DNA of 64,000 nt from the human T2T-CHM13v2.0 reference genome, Homo sapiens, in the NCBI GenBank assembly GCA_009914755.4, contig CP086569.2, forward strand, positions 5,536,001-5,600,000, in the 5' to 3' direction. A program made the translations under genes and the position numbers. Positions 32,931 through 47,887 of this stretch are shown here, piece after piece. The notes under the pieces were generated by a model that had not been told where the DNA came from, did no database searches, and saw only the letters and a program-made list of their open reading frames with translations. How positions within the stretch are numbered: position 1 is the stretch's first letter; each line of letters opens with the position of its first letter.

Positions 32931-33008
32931 TAAAAATTGTGTGAAATTTTTATCCCACTAAAGACACCACATTTATTTTACCAACATTTCAATGAAAGTA
33001 TGTATCAA

Positions 33009-33304
33009 GCTGGGCTCAGTGACTCATGCCTGTAATCCCAGCACTTTGGGAGGCCGAGGTGGGTGGATCACGAGGTCAGGAGTTCAATACCAACCTAGCC
33101 AAGATGGTGAAATCCCGTCTCTACTAAGAATACAAAAAAATTAGCCGGGCGTGGTGGCAGGCACCTGCAATCCCAGCTATTCAGGAGGCTGAAGCAGAGA
33201 ATTGCTTGAAACCAAGATGCAGAGGTTGCAGTGAGCCAAGATCATGCCACTGCATTCCAGCCTGGGCGACAGAGTGAGACTTGGTCAAAAAAAAAAAAAA
33301 AAAA
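33009..33304 (+). mobile_element. AluS-type element with ~15 bp TSD (gaaagtatgYatca); arm-B-specific
   Basis: gctgggctcagtgactcatgcctgtaatcccagcactttgggaggccgaggtgggtggatcacgaggtcagg...ctgggcgacagagtgagacttggtcaaaaaaaaaaaaaaaaaa. TSD copies at 32994-33008 and 33311-33325. Arm A has the empty site (~12838-12860). Confidence 0.9.
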
Positions 33305-33325
33305 GAGAGAGAAAGTATGCATCAG

Positions 33326-33480
33326 ATTCAAAAATGGGAGCTTGGATTGCCTCATGTACTGGTTGGGGGCTGGCTGCTGAGGTATTTGGCTCTTATAATT
33401 TATAATGAACATATGTGTACAGGTGTTTGTATGGACATATGTTGTCATTTCTATTGAATGCCTGAAAGTGGAATTGCTGG
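33326..33480 (-). mobile_element. Old L1 ORF2 3'-terminal fragment (mirror of 12636-12830)
   Basis: The reverse complement reads ...ccttgattccagcaattccactttcaggcattcaatagaaatgacaacatatgtccatacaaacacctgtacacatatgttcattataa.... Confidence 0.5.
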
Positions 33481-33519
33481 AATCAAGGATCCTACCATAA
33501 TTACTCAGCATATATTTTT

Positions 33520-36500
33520 ATAGAGTCTTCTGGTGGATTTGAGCAAGATGGCCGAGTAGACTCAGCCAGGTGGAATAGATGCCACAGAGGGCTGGGGATG
33601 ACTGGCGCACTCCTAACAGATATTCAGAGGGGAAGGCACTGACAGTGGATGGAGGAAAGACACAGAAGCTAGCCTGAAGTGGGAGGAAGCTGGGAATCCT
33701 GCATAGTGCTACCAAAGACAGGGACTCATTCTGGGCTCCCAGTGACTCTGGGGCAGCCAATGACTTGAACTGCCAAGGAGCAGCCCACTCTCCCCATAGA
33801 CTTTTGGAATCCTGGCAGGAAGAGACCCTTCTGCAACTATAGACACTTGAGTTGGCAGAGAAAGCTGCTTAGAGAAATGGTAGGGGCAGAACTTCAGCCA
33901 GTGCAGAGCCCACAGGGTTTTGTGTGGGAGCATCTGTAGTGGAGCATGGCCAGGGATGTCCATCCCTCACAGGCTCAACTTGTTTCCATAGAAGACTTTA
34001 GCACTGGGAGAGCTGTCAAACCTAAATTCTGTCGAGCAGTCTTGCCCATTAGACAGAACGAGTCTGGCCTGAGCATCCCTTGTTATACTGGCTGCTACTG
34101 AGGCCCCAGCTTGGTAATGCCTGCTTGCAGGGCAGCCTTGGGTGCCCAGGGTTTCTGCATCATAGCTTCTGCACTGGTGGATTATGCCTGGCTGGCAGAG
34201 ATCTCCAGTGGGAGAGCCTCACAGCCATGCACCAGCCCGCCGGATCACTCCCCATAGTACAGCTTTCTCCAGGCCCACCGCAATCCTCCACATCCCTTTG
34301 CCAGTGTGTGCATGCATAGGGTTTACCTTCCCTGTCCCACCAGCACGCATGTGAGTGTGTACCCTGCCCTAGCTCTGCTGCTACCTGAAGTGCACCCCAT
34401 TCCCCTGTCCCACCATTGCATCAAGACCTTGGCGGGCACAGAGCATCCCAGGCCTGCTCCAGCCAACAAGCTGCCATTGTGGCAACACTGTGCCTGAGTG
34501 AAACTAGGCACCAAGAGCAGTGGGCCCTTCTCCACCCTGAGCAATCACAGAAGGTGCACACAGAACTGCGTCTGCAAGTGCCCCAACACCCTGTTAACAT
34601 CATCTCCAGTGTGACCATTCACACAGTAGACAATGGGAGTTCCTTGCCATCCCAGAGCCATGCTGCCTTTGCTGCTGCTGTGAATGCCCATGGGGAGACA
34701 AATGCCCTTGAACCCATTAGCACCCTGCTGCAGATCATGATTATGCATTTTGCTGCCCTGCCACTACTGCTGGCACATATGAACAAGAGTGAATTTTACT
34801 GCCACCACCCTATGAAATGCTTTGGCTGGCATCACCCATCAGCGTGTAGTGACCAGTGGTCCAGAAGCACATTGGCTCCCCCTAGTGCAGCAGGCTTCTA
34901 AACTCCAGGAGCCAGAGAAATAAATCAGGGCATGATACAAGTACCCAAGGTTTAGAACACATAAGCCAAGAGTTGGGAGCTGAGTTTTGGCCCCCTAAAG
35001 TCTTCCAGAAATGTGACCAGCAGACTGAATCCATTTTATACAATTAAACCCTCAAAGACATCAAAAAAGATAAAAGAAAAAAAATCGGAAGAATAGCAAC
35101 TTCAAAGATTAAAGGAGCATCAACCCACAAAGATGAGAAAGAACCAGCACAAGAACTCTGACAACTTAAAAAGTCAGACTGCCTTCTTTCCTATAAACAA
35201 CTGCATTAATCCTCCAGCAAGGGTTCTGAACTGAGCTGAGATAGCTGAAATGACAGAAATAGAATTCAAAATGTAGATAGAAATGGAGATAACAATGTGC
35301 AGCAGTATGTTAAAACACAATACAAAGAAGCTAAGAATCACAATAAAACAATACAAGAGCGGACAGACAAAATACGCAGTATAGAAAAGAATGCAACCAC
35401 CCTGATAGTGTTGAAAACATTCTACATGAATTTCATAATGCAGTTGCAAATTTTAACAGCAGAATAGACCAAGCTGAGGAGGAGAGAATCTCAGAGCTTA
35501 AAGACAGGCTTTCTGAAATAAGACACTCAGACAAGAATGGAGGAAAAAAATGAAATGGAACAAACAAAACCTCTGACAAATATAGGATTATGTAAAGAGA
35601 TCAAATGTACTACTCATTGGTGCCCCTGAAAGAGATTGAGAGAATGGAAGCAACTTGGAAAACATATTTCAAGATGTCATCCATGAGAACTTCCCCAGCC
35701 TGGCTAGAGAGGCTGACATTCAAATTCAGTAAAGGCAGAGAATGCCAGTAAGGTACTTCATTAGAAGTTCATTCCCAACACACATAATCTCCAGATTCCC
35801 CAAAGTCAAAATGAAAGAAAAAATGTTAAATCTAGCTAGAAAGTTCAGTTCACCTACAAAGAGAAGTCCATCAGACTAATGACACAACTCTCAGTAGAAA
35901 CTCTACAAGCCCAAAGAAATTAAGGGGAAAAAATTCAACATTCCTAAATAAAAGACATTCTAATCAATAATTTTATATCTGGCCAAACTAAGCTTCATAA
36001 GCAAAGGAGAAATAAGATCCTTTTCAGAAAAGCAAATGCTGAGGGAATTCTTTACCATGAGACCTGCCTTACAAGAGCTCCTGAAAGAAGTAACAACTAT
36101 GGAAAGGAGAAATCACTACAGTCACTACAAAAACACACTTAAATACATAGAACACTAACAGTATAAAGCAACCACACAAACAAGTCTGCATAATAACCAG
36201 CTAACATCTTAATGACAGGATCAAATCCACAAATATCAATGCTAACCTTGAATGTAAATAGACTAAATGCCCAAATTAAATAGCACAGAGTGGTAAACTG
36301 GATAAAGCACCAAGATCCAATGGTATGTGGTCTTCAAGAGACCCATCTCACACCCTTAGGTTCAAAACAAAGAGGTGGGAAAAACTAGCAAGCAAATGAA
36401 GAACCAAAAAGCAGGGGTAGGCATCTTAACATCTGAAAAAATAATCTAAACTCAAAAAGATAAAAAAAGACACAGGAGAGCATTACATAATAGTAAAGTG

Positions 36501-39500
36501 TTTAGTTCAACAAGAAGACTTAACTATTTTAAATATATAAGCACCCAACATAGGAGTACCTAGATTCATAAAAAAAGTTCTTAGCAACCTACAAAGGGAC
36601 AGACTGCCACACAATAATAGTGGGAGACTTTAACAGCCCACTGATAATATTAGACAGATCATTGAGACAGAAAATTAACAAAGATATTCAGGACCTGAAC
36701 TCAGCATGGGATCAAATGAACCTGACAGAACTTCCATCCAAAAACAATAGAATATACATTCTTCTCATCTGCACATCATATGTACTCTAAAATCGACTAC
36801 ACGATTGGACATAAAATAATCCTCAGCAAATGCAAAAGAATCAAAATCACACCAAACCCACTCTCAGACCACAGTGCAATAAAAATAGAATTCAAGACTA
36901 AGAAAATCACTAAAAACTATACAATGACATGAAAATTAAACAACCTGCTCCTGAATGATTTTGGAGTAAAGAAATTAAAGCAGAAATCAAGAAGTTCTAT
37001 GAAATTAATGAGAACAAAGATTCAACATAATAGAATATCTAGGACAAAGCTAAGACAGTATTAAGAGGGAAATATATAGCACTAAGTGCTCACATCAAAA
37101 TTTATAAAGATCTCAATTTAAAAACCTAACATCACAACTAAAAGAACTGGAAAACAAACAGCAAAGAAACCCCAAAGCTAGCAGAAGACAAAAAATAACC
37201 AAAATAAAATCTGAAAGACATTGAGATACAAAAACGATTCAAAAAATCAACAAATGCAGGCAGGAGTTTAAAAAAAATAATAAAAAAATAGATAGACCTC
37301 TAGATAAACTAAAAGAAGAAAAGAGAGAAGATCCAAAAAAAAAACAGAACTAGAAAATACAAAGGGGATATTACCACTAACCCCACAGAAATACAAATAA
37401 CCATCAGATAATATTATGAACACCTCTATGTACACAAACTAAAAAATCTAGAATACATAAATAAATTCCTGATTACATGTATTCTCCCAAGTCTGAAGCA
37501 GAAAGAAATTAAAGCCCTGAACAGAGCAATGATGAACACTGAAATTGAACCAGCAATAGTCTACCAACCAAAACAACCCAGTACCAGTTAGATTCACAGA
37601 AGAATTCTACCAAATGTACAAAGAAGAGCTGGTACTATTCTCACTGAAACTATTAAAAAAAATCTAAGGAGGAGGAATTCCTCTCTAACTCATTCTTTGA
37701 GGCCAGCATTATCCTAATACCAAAACCTGGCAGAGACATAACAACAACAACAACAACAAAAAACACTTCAGGTCAATATCCTTGATGAACATTGATACAA
37801 ATATCCTCAATGAGAGTACTGGCAAACTGAATCTAGCAGCACATCAAAAAGCTTATCCACCATGATCAAGCAGGCTTTGTATCTGGGATGCAAGGTTAGT
37901 TTAACATACGCAAATCAATAATGTGATTTGTCACTTAAACAGAACTAAAGACAAAAACTCAACAGGTGCAGAAATGCTTCTGATAAAATTCAATACCTCT
38001 TCATGTTAAAAACTCTCAATGAGTTAGGATTTGAAGAAACAAACCTCAAAATAATAAAAATCATCTATGAAAAACCCACAGCCAACATAATACTTAATAG
38101 GGAAAAGCTGAAAGCATTCCCTTTAAAAACTGGCACAAAACAAGGATGACCTCTCACTAATCCTATTCATCATAGTATTGGAAGTCCTGGCCAGTGTAAC
38201 CAGGCAAGAGAAAGAAATAAAGGGCATGCAAATAAAAAGAGAGAAAGTCAAACTATCCCTGTTTTTCAGGTGACATGATTAGATATCTAGAAAACCCCAT
38301 GGTCTCAGTCCCAAAGCGTATTAAGCTGATAAGAGAAACTTCAGCAAAGTCTCAGGGTACAAAATCAATGCACAAAAATTACTAGCATTCCTATACACCA
38401 ACAAGAGTCAAGCCGAGAGCCAAATCAGAAACGCAATTCAATTCACAATTGCCACAGAAAAATAAAATAGCAAGGAATACAGAAAACCAAGGAGATGAAA
38501 GAACTCTACAAAGAGAACTACAAAACACGTGTCAAAGAACTCAGAGATAACACAAACAAATGGAAAAACATTCCATTCTCATGTATAGAAAAAATCAGTA
38601 TCATTAAAATGTTCATACAGCCCAAACAATTTATAGGTTTAATTTTATTCCTATTAAACTGTCAATGAAATTTTTCACAGAACTAGAAAAAATGATTTTA
38701 AAATTTATATGAAACTAGAAAACATTCTGAGTAGCCGAGGAAATCCTAAACAAAAAGAACAAAGCTGAAGGCATCACACTACTTGACTTCAAACTGTACT
38801 ACAGGGCTACAACAACCAAAATAGCATGGGATGGGTACGAAAACAGACATAGAGCAATGGGACAGAATAGAGAGCCCAAAATTAAGGCCACACATCTACA
38901 ACTATCTCATCTTCTAGAAAGCTCATGAAACCAAGCAATGGGTAAAACACTCCCTATTCAATAATTGGAATAACTGGCTAGCTAGTTATATGCGGAAGAG
39001 TGAAACTGGATCCCATTCTTATGCTATATACAAAAATTAACTAAAGATGGATTGAAGACTTAAATGTAAAACTTAAAACTATAACAACCCTGGAAGACAA
39101 CCTAAGCAATACCATTCTGGATACAGAAATGGGCAAAGATTTTATGATAACGATGTCAAAAGCAATTGCAACAAAAGCAAAAACTGACAAATGGTATGTA
39201 ATTAAACTAAAGAGCTTCTGCACAGCCAAAGAAACTATCCACAGAGTAAACAGACATCCTACAGAATGGGACAAAATTATTTCAAACTATGCATCTGACA
39301 TTCAGCATCTATAAGAAACAAACAAATTTGCAATAGAAAAACAAACAATGCCATTAAAAAGTGGTCAAAGGACATGAAGAAACACTTTTCAAAACAAGAC
39401 AAACATGTTGCCAACAAGCATGTGAAACAAAGCTCATCACTGATTATTAGAGAAATTCAAATCAAAACCACAATGAGACATTATCTCACACCTGTCAGAG

Positions 39501-40157
39501 TGGCTATTATTAAAAGTCAAAAAATAACAGATGCAGGTAAAGTTGCAAAGAAAAAGGAATGGTTATACACATTGGCCATTCCTGAAAGACCTAACAACAG
39601 AACTAACAGTTGACCCAGCAATTCCATTACTGAGTATATACCCAAAAGAATATAAATCATTCTGTTATAAAGTCATATTCACATGTATGTTTATTGCAGA
39701 ACTATTCACAGTAGCAATGACATGGAATGAACCTAAATCCACATCAATGGTAGACTAGACTGGATAAAGAGCATGGGGTACATATACACCTTCGAGTACT
39801 ATGTAGCCACAAAAAAGAATGAGATTATGTCCTTTGCAGAAACATGGATGGAGCTGGAGGCTATTATCCTTAGAAGACTAATGGAGGAATAGAAAGCCAA
39901 ATACCATGTGTTCTCACCTATAAGTGGGTGCTAAATGATGAGAACACATGGACTCATAGAGGGGAACAACAGCCACTGGGGCCTACTGGAGGGTTGAGGG
40001 TGAAGGTGGGAGAAGATCAGGAAAAATAACTAATGGGTACCTGGCTTAATACCTGGGTGATGAAATAATATGTACAACAAACTCCCATGACATGAGCTCA
40101 CCTATATAACAAAACTGCACACATATCCCTGAACTTAAAATAAAAGTTAAAAAAAAT
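33520..40157 (+). mobile_element. Full-length L1 (older primate L1PA/L1PB-like), ORFs destroyed; part of inverted-repeat arm B
   Basis: Begins ...tggtggatttgagcaagatggccgagtagactcagcc.... 5'UTR to ~35.0 kb, ORF1 ~35.1-36.1 kb, ORF2 ~36.2-40.0 kb, and ends ...catatccctgaacttaaaataaaagttaaaaaaaa. Only short ORFs survive. Confidence 0.9.
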
Positions 40158-41261
40158 GATAATGAAGTCCCAATGAACATATGCTCTGTAATATATTTTG
40201 CCAAGTCTAGCAGAGTTTCAGATTCAATAGTCAGATAAGATAGCTTTTGAAGTAATGTATTGAAAAATAGAAACAAAATAGAAAATCCTGAAATAATATT
40301 CACAACCTTAAGAAGAAAAAAATCATATTTAAAAATAAAAAACTCAAACTTTTTACCATAACAGTTGTACACCTTAATAGAAACCATGGTTTCTTAATTG
40401 TTTGGTGCACGGGTATATTTCTTATAAATATTTGGTTCCTTGATATTTTCTTAGGAAGTCTTATCAAACCATATGCATTTGTAAATAATTCAGAATTGCA
40501 TTAGATAGAACAAAAATATAGAACTGTCATACTTAGTTTATTTTTGTCAAGAAGAATAGAAATCCACTTAAATTATTTTAATAAATGATAAATGCCACAT
40601 ATGTTGGTAAAGGAAAGAGCAATTTTGTAGGATTGCAAAATCAATTGTATGACTGCATAACTGGAGATGAAATGCAATTTAGGAACTGAGAGTGCCCAAT
40701 CTTTTGGGATAATAATTGTCATATTTATCTCTTGGTGGCCTGTATTAAACATCTTTCATTCTGGCAATTCCTTTTCTCTTGTCTTTGCTTCTCCTGTACT
40801 TGTTACTACCAATGATTACTTCAGTCTTTACACAGTCCAACTTTTTTCTCTATATATTGTTTTCATAATACCTTTGTATTTACCACTTCTGCTTACTCAT
40901 AACTTGACTTCTCTATGAGTCACCTTCAGCCTTTCTTATTGCTAGCAACTGAAAGAGTCTTTCTCCATATTTAGTAGTTTGGCTACCTAGTTCATCACCT
41001 CTCATCTGATACAAATTTTTATGTCAGGCAACATTATAAGACATTGAAGACAGTGGAGATTGACTGCCTTTGAGCCAGGTGTTCCAGTCATAGGTTGAGT
41101 GTGGCCAGTAAAATGGTTAACAGGTTCCAGTGTATAACAGCCAAGACTTTTCTCCTTGAAAGGAGGCTGAGTGTAGAATAAGAATTATTTCCTCAGAAGG
41201 GGGTGTGTTATGGGTAGGAACCGACTTAAGAAATATTGTTCAAAAATTAAAAACAAAAATT

Positions 41262-43636
41262 ATACGATCATCTCAGTAGATGCAGAAAAAGCATTTACAA
41301 ATCCAGCATCCATTTATGATTAAAACCCTCAGCAAAATCTGAAGGGACATATCTTCAGGTAAAAGAAAAAAAAAAAGCCATCTGTGACAAACCCACAGTC
41401 AACATTATAATGCAAGGGGAAAAGTTGAACGCATTCCCCATGGAACTGGAACAAGACAAGGATGCCCACTTTTACCACTTCTATTTGACATATTACTGGA
41501 AGTCCCAGCTAGAGCAATCAGACAAGAAAAAGAAATAAAGGGCCTTCAAATCGGTGAAGAGGAAGTCAAACCATCATTGTTAGTTGATGATATAATCCTA
41601 TCCGCAGAAAACCCTAAGGACTCATTAAAAAAGCTCCTAGGTCTGATTAATGAATTCAGTAATTTCAGGATACAAAATCTGTATACACAAATCAGTAGCT
41701 CTGCTATACACCAACAGCGACCAAACTGAGAATCAAACCAAGAACTCATTCCCTTTTACAATAGCTGAAAAAAAAAAAATTAAAATACTTAGGAATATAC
41801 CTAACCAAGGAAGTAAAAGACCTCTACAAAGAAAACTACAAAAACGCTACTGAAAGAAATCATAGATGATGCAAACAACTGGAAACACATCCCATGTCCA
41901 TGAACTGGTAGAATCAATATTGTGAAAATTACCATACTGCCAAAAGCAATATACAAATTCAATGCAATTCCCATCAAAATGCCATCATCATTCTTTACAG
42001 AACTAGAAAAAACAATCTTAAAATTCATATGGAACCAAAATGTGCCCACTTAGCCAAAGCAAGACTAGGCAAAAAGGACAAATCTGGAGGCATCACATTC
42101 CAGATGTCAAATTATACTACAAAGCTGTAGTTATCAAAACAGCATGGTACTGGTATAAAAATAAGCACTTAGACAAAGGAAACAGAATAGAGAACCCAGA
42201 AATAAAGCCCAATATTTACAGCCAACTGATCTTCAACAAAGCAAACAAAAACATAAAGTGGGAGAAGTACACCCTATTAAACAAATGGTGCTGAGATAAT
42301 ACACAAGTCACATTTAGAAGAATGAAATTGGATCCTCATCCCTCACATTATACAAAAATCAACTCATGATGGATCAAAGACTTAAATCTAAGACCTGAAA
42401 CCACAAAAATTCTAGAAGATAACATCAGAAAAGCGCTTCTAGACATGGACTTAGGCAAAGAGTTCATTACCAAGAACCAAAAAGAAATGCAATAGAAACA
42501 AAGATAAATAGATGAGACTTAATTAAAAGCTTCTTCACAGCAAAAAAAATAATAATAATAATAATCAGCAGGATTAACAGACAACCCAAAGAGTGGGAGA
42601 AAATGTATTCAAACTCTGTATGCAACAAAGAACTAGTATCCAGAATCTACAAGGAACTCAAACAAATCAACAAGACAAAAACCAAATAATCCCGTCAAAA
42701 GTGGGCATGAATAGACAGTTCTCAAAATGTAATGAAGACATGGAATCAACCTAAATGCTCATCAATGATAGAATGGATCAAGAGCATGGGGGTACATATA
42801 CACCATGAAATATTATGCAGCCATGAAAAGGGATGAGATCATGTCCTTCACAGGAACATGGATGGAATGGCCAAGAAACATCAAAAAAATGCTTAGCATC
42901 ACTAATGATCAGGGAAATGTAAATCAAAACTGCAATGAAATCCCACCTTACTCTTGCAGGAATAGCCATAATTAAAATGAAAAAAAATTGTAGATGTTGG
43001 TGTTGTTTTGGTGAAAAGAGAATACTTTTTTCACTGCTGGTGGGCATGTAAACTAGTACAACCACTATGGAAAACAGTATGGAAATGCCTTAAAGAACTA
43101 AAAGTAGATCTACCATTTGATCCAGCAATCCCAGAGAAAAAGAAGTCATTCCATGAAAAAGACACTTGCACCCGCATGTTTATAGCAGCACAATTTGCAA
43201 TTGCAAAAATATGGAACCAGCCAAAATGTCCATCAATCAACAAGCAGATAAAGAAAATGTAGAATATATATACCATGGAATACTACTCAGCCATAAAAAG
43301 GAAAGAAAGAATGCCATTCACCAAAACTTGGATGGAGTTGGAGACCATTATTCTAAGTGAAGTAACTCAGGACTGGAAAACCAAACATTGCATGTTCTGA
43401 CTTGTAAGTGGGAGCTCAAGCTATGAGGATGCAAAGGCATAAGAATGATACAATGGACTTTGGGGACTCAGGGGGAAGGGTTGGAAAGAGGTGAGGGACA
43501 AAAGACTACACATTGGGTACAGTGTATACTTCCTGGGTGCTGGATGCACCAAAATCTCTGAAATCACCACAGAAGAACTTATCCATGTAACCAAACACCA
43601 CCTGTTCCCCAAAAATTATTAAAATATATATATTTC
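41262..43636 (+). mobile_element. L1M/L1PB ORF2 3' half + 3'UTR fragment
   Basis: ...catctcagtagatgcagaaaaagcatttacaaa..., ...ggatgcccacttttaccacttctatttgacatattactggaagtcc..., and ends ...ccaaaaattattaaaatatatatat. Confidence 0.8.
42716..42880 (+). mobile_element. Patch of young L1PA 3'-end sequence embedded in the L1M fragment
   Basis: gacatggaatcaacctaaatgctcatcaatgatagaatggatcaagagcatgggggtacatatacaccatgaaatattatgcagccatgaaaagggatgagatcatgtccttcacaggaacatggatggaatgg is estimated by eye at ~98% identical to 44168-44300. Confidence 0.5.
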
Positions 43637-44107
43637 AGAGGTGTCTTCAGCCTTTACATTTTCTCTTCAGTGTGTTTTATTCTGTAAGACTGGCTTTCTC
43701 TATAAATTGAAGAAAATATCCACCAATAGCTCTTATATTCTTATGTCTTTCTGACTAGAAAGAAAAAGACTCTTTACTGATACCTCCAGTTAGAAAAATC
43801 TCAAAAAAGGCTAGTTGTCTCAGTTCCATTTATGTGCCCATTCCTTGACTATGAATGATGCCTGTGGTAGTAGTAGTAGGGTCACATAAAACAAAGGCAA
43901 TTTCTATTCTGTCTATATAGCTAAAGTGGAGGGATGAGAAACAGTTCCTCAAAAGAAATGTGGAAAAACAAGGTAAACCATCAATATAATCTAAGAGTAC
44001 TGTAATAACTGAAGTTATGTATTAACATTTGTTCTTCTTATCCTGATCATTTGCACATTCATAACATGTTTATACACTAGTATGGATAGAAAATTTAACT
44101 TTTCTAC

Positions 44108-44602
44108 CATAAAGACACATGAATGTGTATGTTCATTGCAGAACTATTCACAATAATGAAGACATGGAATCAACCTAAATGCTCATCAATGATAGAATGG
44201 ATCAAGAGCATGGGGGTACATATATACCATGAAATATTATGCAGTCATGAAAAGGGATGAGATCATGTCCTTCACGGGAACATGGATGGAATGGTCATTA
44301 TCCTTACCAAACTAATGTAGGAATGGAAAACCAAATACTACATGTTCTCACATACAAGTGGGAGCTAAAAGATGAGAACACATGGACTCATAGAGGGGAA
44401 CAACAGACACTGGGTCCTACAAGAGGATGAAGGGTGGAAGAAAGTGAAGAATTAGAAAAAATAATTAATGGGTACTATGCTTAATACCTGTGTGATGAAA
44501 TGAATGATTTGTAGAACACACTTTCATGACATGAATTTACCTATATAATAAACCTGCACATGTACCCCTGAATGCAAAATGAAAGTTAAAAAAGAAAATA
44601 AT
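44108..44602 (+). mobile_element. L1PA 3' end fragment
   Basis: ...gcagaactattcacaataatgaagacatggaatcaacctaaatgc...ctgcacatgtacccctgaatgcaaaatgaaagttaaaaaagaaaataat. Confidence 0.8.
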
Positions 44603-45093
44603 TTATATCTTTACAAAATTGAGTCTTAGTATGCATGAGCATGAAGTATGCCTTCATTCATTTAGACCTTTGGGTTTTTTTCACACATACACTCAGTTTT
44701 TAACTAGATGTGTATACATGTTTTGTGTATCCATTTAATCACTGATGGACACGTGAGTTGTTTCCACATTTTGGCCACTGTGAATAATACTTTTAACGAC
44801 AAGGGTACACAAACATCTCTTCAAGTCATTGTTTTCAATTATTTGGGTATATACCCAAAATAAGGATTTGCTGTATTTTATGGCAATTTTATGTTGGATT
44901 TTTTAGGGGCCACCATATTATTTTACTTACCTGTTACACTATTTTCCATTTCCACCAACTATGTGGAAGAATTCCAATTTCTCTACATCCTTCCAAACTC
45001 TTGTTATTTTATGTTTTTGATGGTAGCTATGCTAATAGGTATGAAGTCGTATCTCATTGTGGTTTTGAATTGCATTTATCCAACAATTACTGA

Positions 45094-45618
<525 letters not shown>

Positions 45619-46306
45619 TAGTGGCACCACCCTAGTAGATTATCTCTGTGAGGACTGCACCCCTGCAGCAGGCTTCTGCCTACCAGGCTTTTCCATACAT
45701 CTTTTGAAATCTAAGCAAAGGTTGCCAAGCCTCCTTCATTCTTTGCACTCTGCATACCTGAAGGCTTAACACGATGTGGAAGCCACTAAAGCTTACAGCT
45801 TGCGTGCTCCAGAGTTGTGGCATGAAATGTACCTGGAGCCCTTTGAGCCGAGGCTACAGCCAGAGCATCCATGATGTAAGGAGCAGACTCCTGGCATGGG
45901 ACAAGGCAGTGGCACCCCAGGCCTGCCCCCCAAGACATTCAATCCTTCTGGGCCTCTGGGCCTATAATGGGAGGGGCTACCTGGAAGATCTCTGAAATGC
46001 CTTGGAGGCCCTTTTTTTTCACTGTCTTGGCTACCAGCACCGGCCTGTTTTTTCAGTCATGCAAATCTTTCTAACAAATGATTGCTCCACAGTGTGTTTG
46101 GATTCTTCCCCTGTAAAAGGTTTTTCTTTGCCACATGGCTAGGCGGCAAATTTTACAAACTTTAATGCTCTGCTTCCCATTTAAATATAAGTTCCAATTG
46201 TAGGTCATTTCTTTGCATTCATATCTGATCATAGGCTGTTAGAAGAAGCCAGGCTAATTCTTAAAATGCTGTGCAGCTTAGATATTTCTTCCGACAGATA
46301 CTCTAA

Positions 46307-46620
<314 letters not shown>

Positions 46621-46640
46621 TCGATCTAAATTATCACTCT

Positions 46641-46953
46641 TTTTTTTCTTTTCCTTCGAGACAGAGTCTCACTCTGTCGCCCAGGCTGGAGTGCAGTGGC
46701 GTGATCTCTGCTCTCTGCAACCTCCGCCTCCCAGGTTCAAATGATTTTCCTGCCTCAGCCTCCTGAGTAGCTGGGATTACAGGCGTGTGCCACCATGCCT
46801 GGCTAAATTTGTATTTTTGGTACTAAATTTGTATTTCTAGTAGAGACGGGGTTTCACCATGTTGGTCAGGATGGTCTCAAACTCCTGACCTCATGATCTG
46901 CCCTCCTTGGCCTCCCAAAGTGCAGGGATTACAGGTGTGAGCCACTGCACCCA
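46641..46953 (-). mobile_element. Alu (second of pair), TSD ttatcactctt
   Basis: ttttttttcttttccttcgagacagagtctcactctgtcgcccaggctggagtgcagtggcgtgatctc...gtgtgagccactgcacccag; contains an internal 20 bp duplication (ggtactaaatttgtattt). Confidence 0.9.
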
Positions 46954-47887
46954 GTTATCACTCTTAAGTACAAACCTCTGAAAATTACTAGGACATAAAC
47001 ACAATGCAGCCAAGTTCTTTGCTAAGGCATAACACTAGCGAACTTTGTTCCAATTCCCAAAAAGTTTCTCATTTTCATTGGAGACCTCATCAGTCTGGAT
47101 TTCACTGTCCATATCACTGTTATTGAAAAGAAGGTCTTGATCCAGACCCCAAGAGAAGATGCTTGGATCTCATGCCAGAATAAATTCAAGGTGAGTCTCA
47201 AAGTATAGTGAAAAGAGATGGTTTACTAAAAGCTACTCCGTTACAGAGTAGGCCATCCTTAGAAAGTAAGTGGAGAAATGCAACCTCTCTCTATATATAT
47301 GGGTATTGCTTATGAAAAAGCTAATCAAAGGTATGCCTATGTGCAGGTGGGGTGACAGCATGACAAAATTTATTATTGTATTGATTTAAGGAAAACTACC
47401 CTCGACAATTTAGCATGCAAGTAAAACAAAGCATACCTATAGTTACCTTGAAAACATATATTATTATGAGTATTGGGACCTCTGGACTTTCTTCTGTTGT
47501 AGGAGTGTGTCCTTGTAGGTATCTTTAGGCTGTATCCTCAACCATAAATATTCTAAGACCATGGGTCATGACTGAAAAGAAATGTGCCTTGCTAGTTTTA
47601 AGATGAAGTTGATTTTAAAATGGTGTCACTCTGGTTCTCCTAGGCTCCTGCTTCCCTCACATCACTATCAGGGTTTTGCTCACAACAATTTAACCAGTCT
47701 CTAAGAACTTTCTAATTTTTTTTCATCTTTCCATCCTCTTCTGAGCCCTCCAAACTCTTCCAACCTCTGCCCACTACCCAGTTCCAAAGTTACATCCATA
47801 CTTTCAGATATTTTTATAGCAATACCCCACTCCTTGGTATCTATTTTCTGTGTTAGACCATTCTTGCTTGCTACAAAGAACTATCTG

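Larger units (their letters stand above)
30466..40157. repeat. Inverted-repeat arm B (flank + L1), derived copy carrying private Alu and retro-insertion
   Basis: The reverse complement aligns with 5718-14074. Homology stops at 30466, where arm A continues as an intact L1M ORF2 fragment but arm B switches to unrelated sequence. Confidence 0.8.

Noticed and set aside
30440-40200. Expected target-site duplication flanking arm B under the 5'-transduction model.
   Set aside because: No 7-mer or longer is shared between 30446-30465 and 40158-40185, so the model remains unproven.
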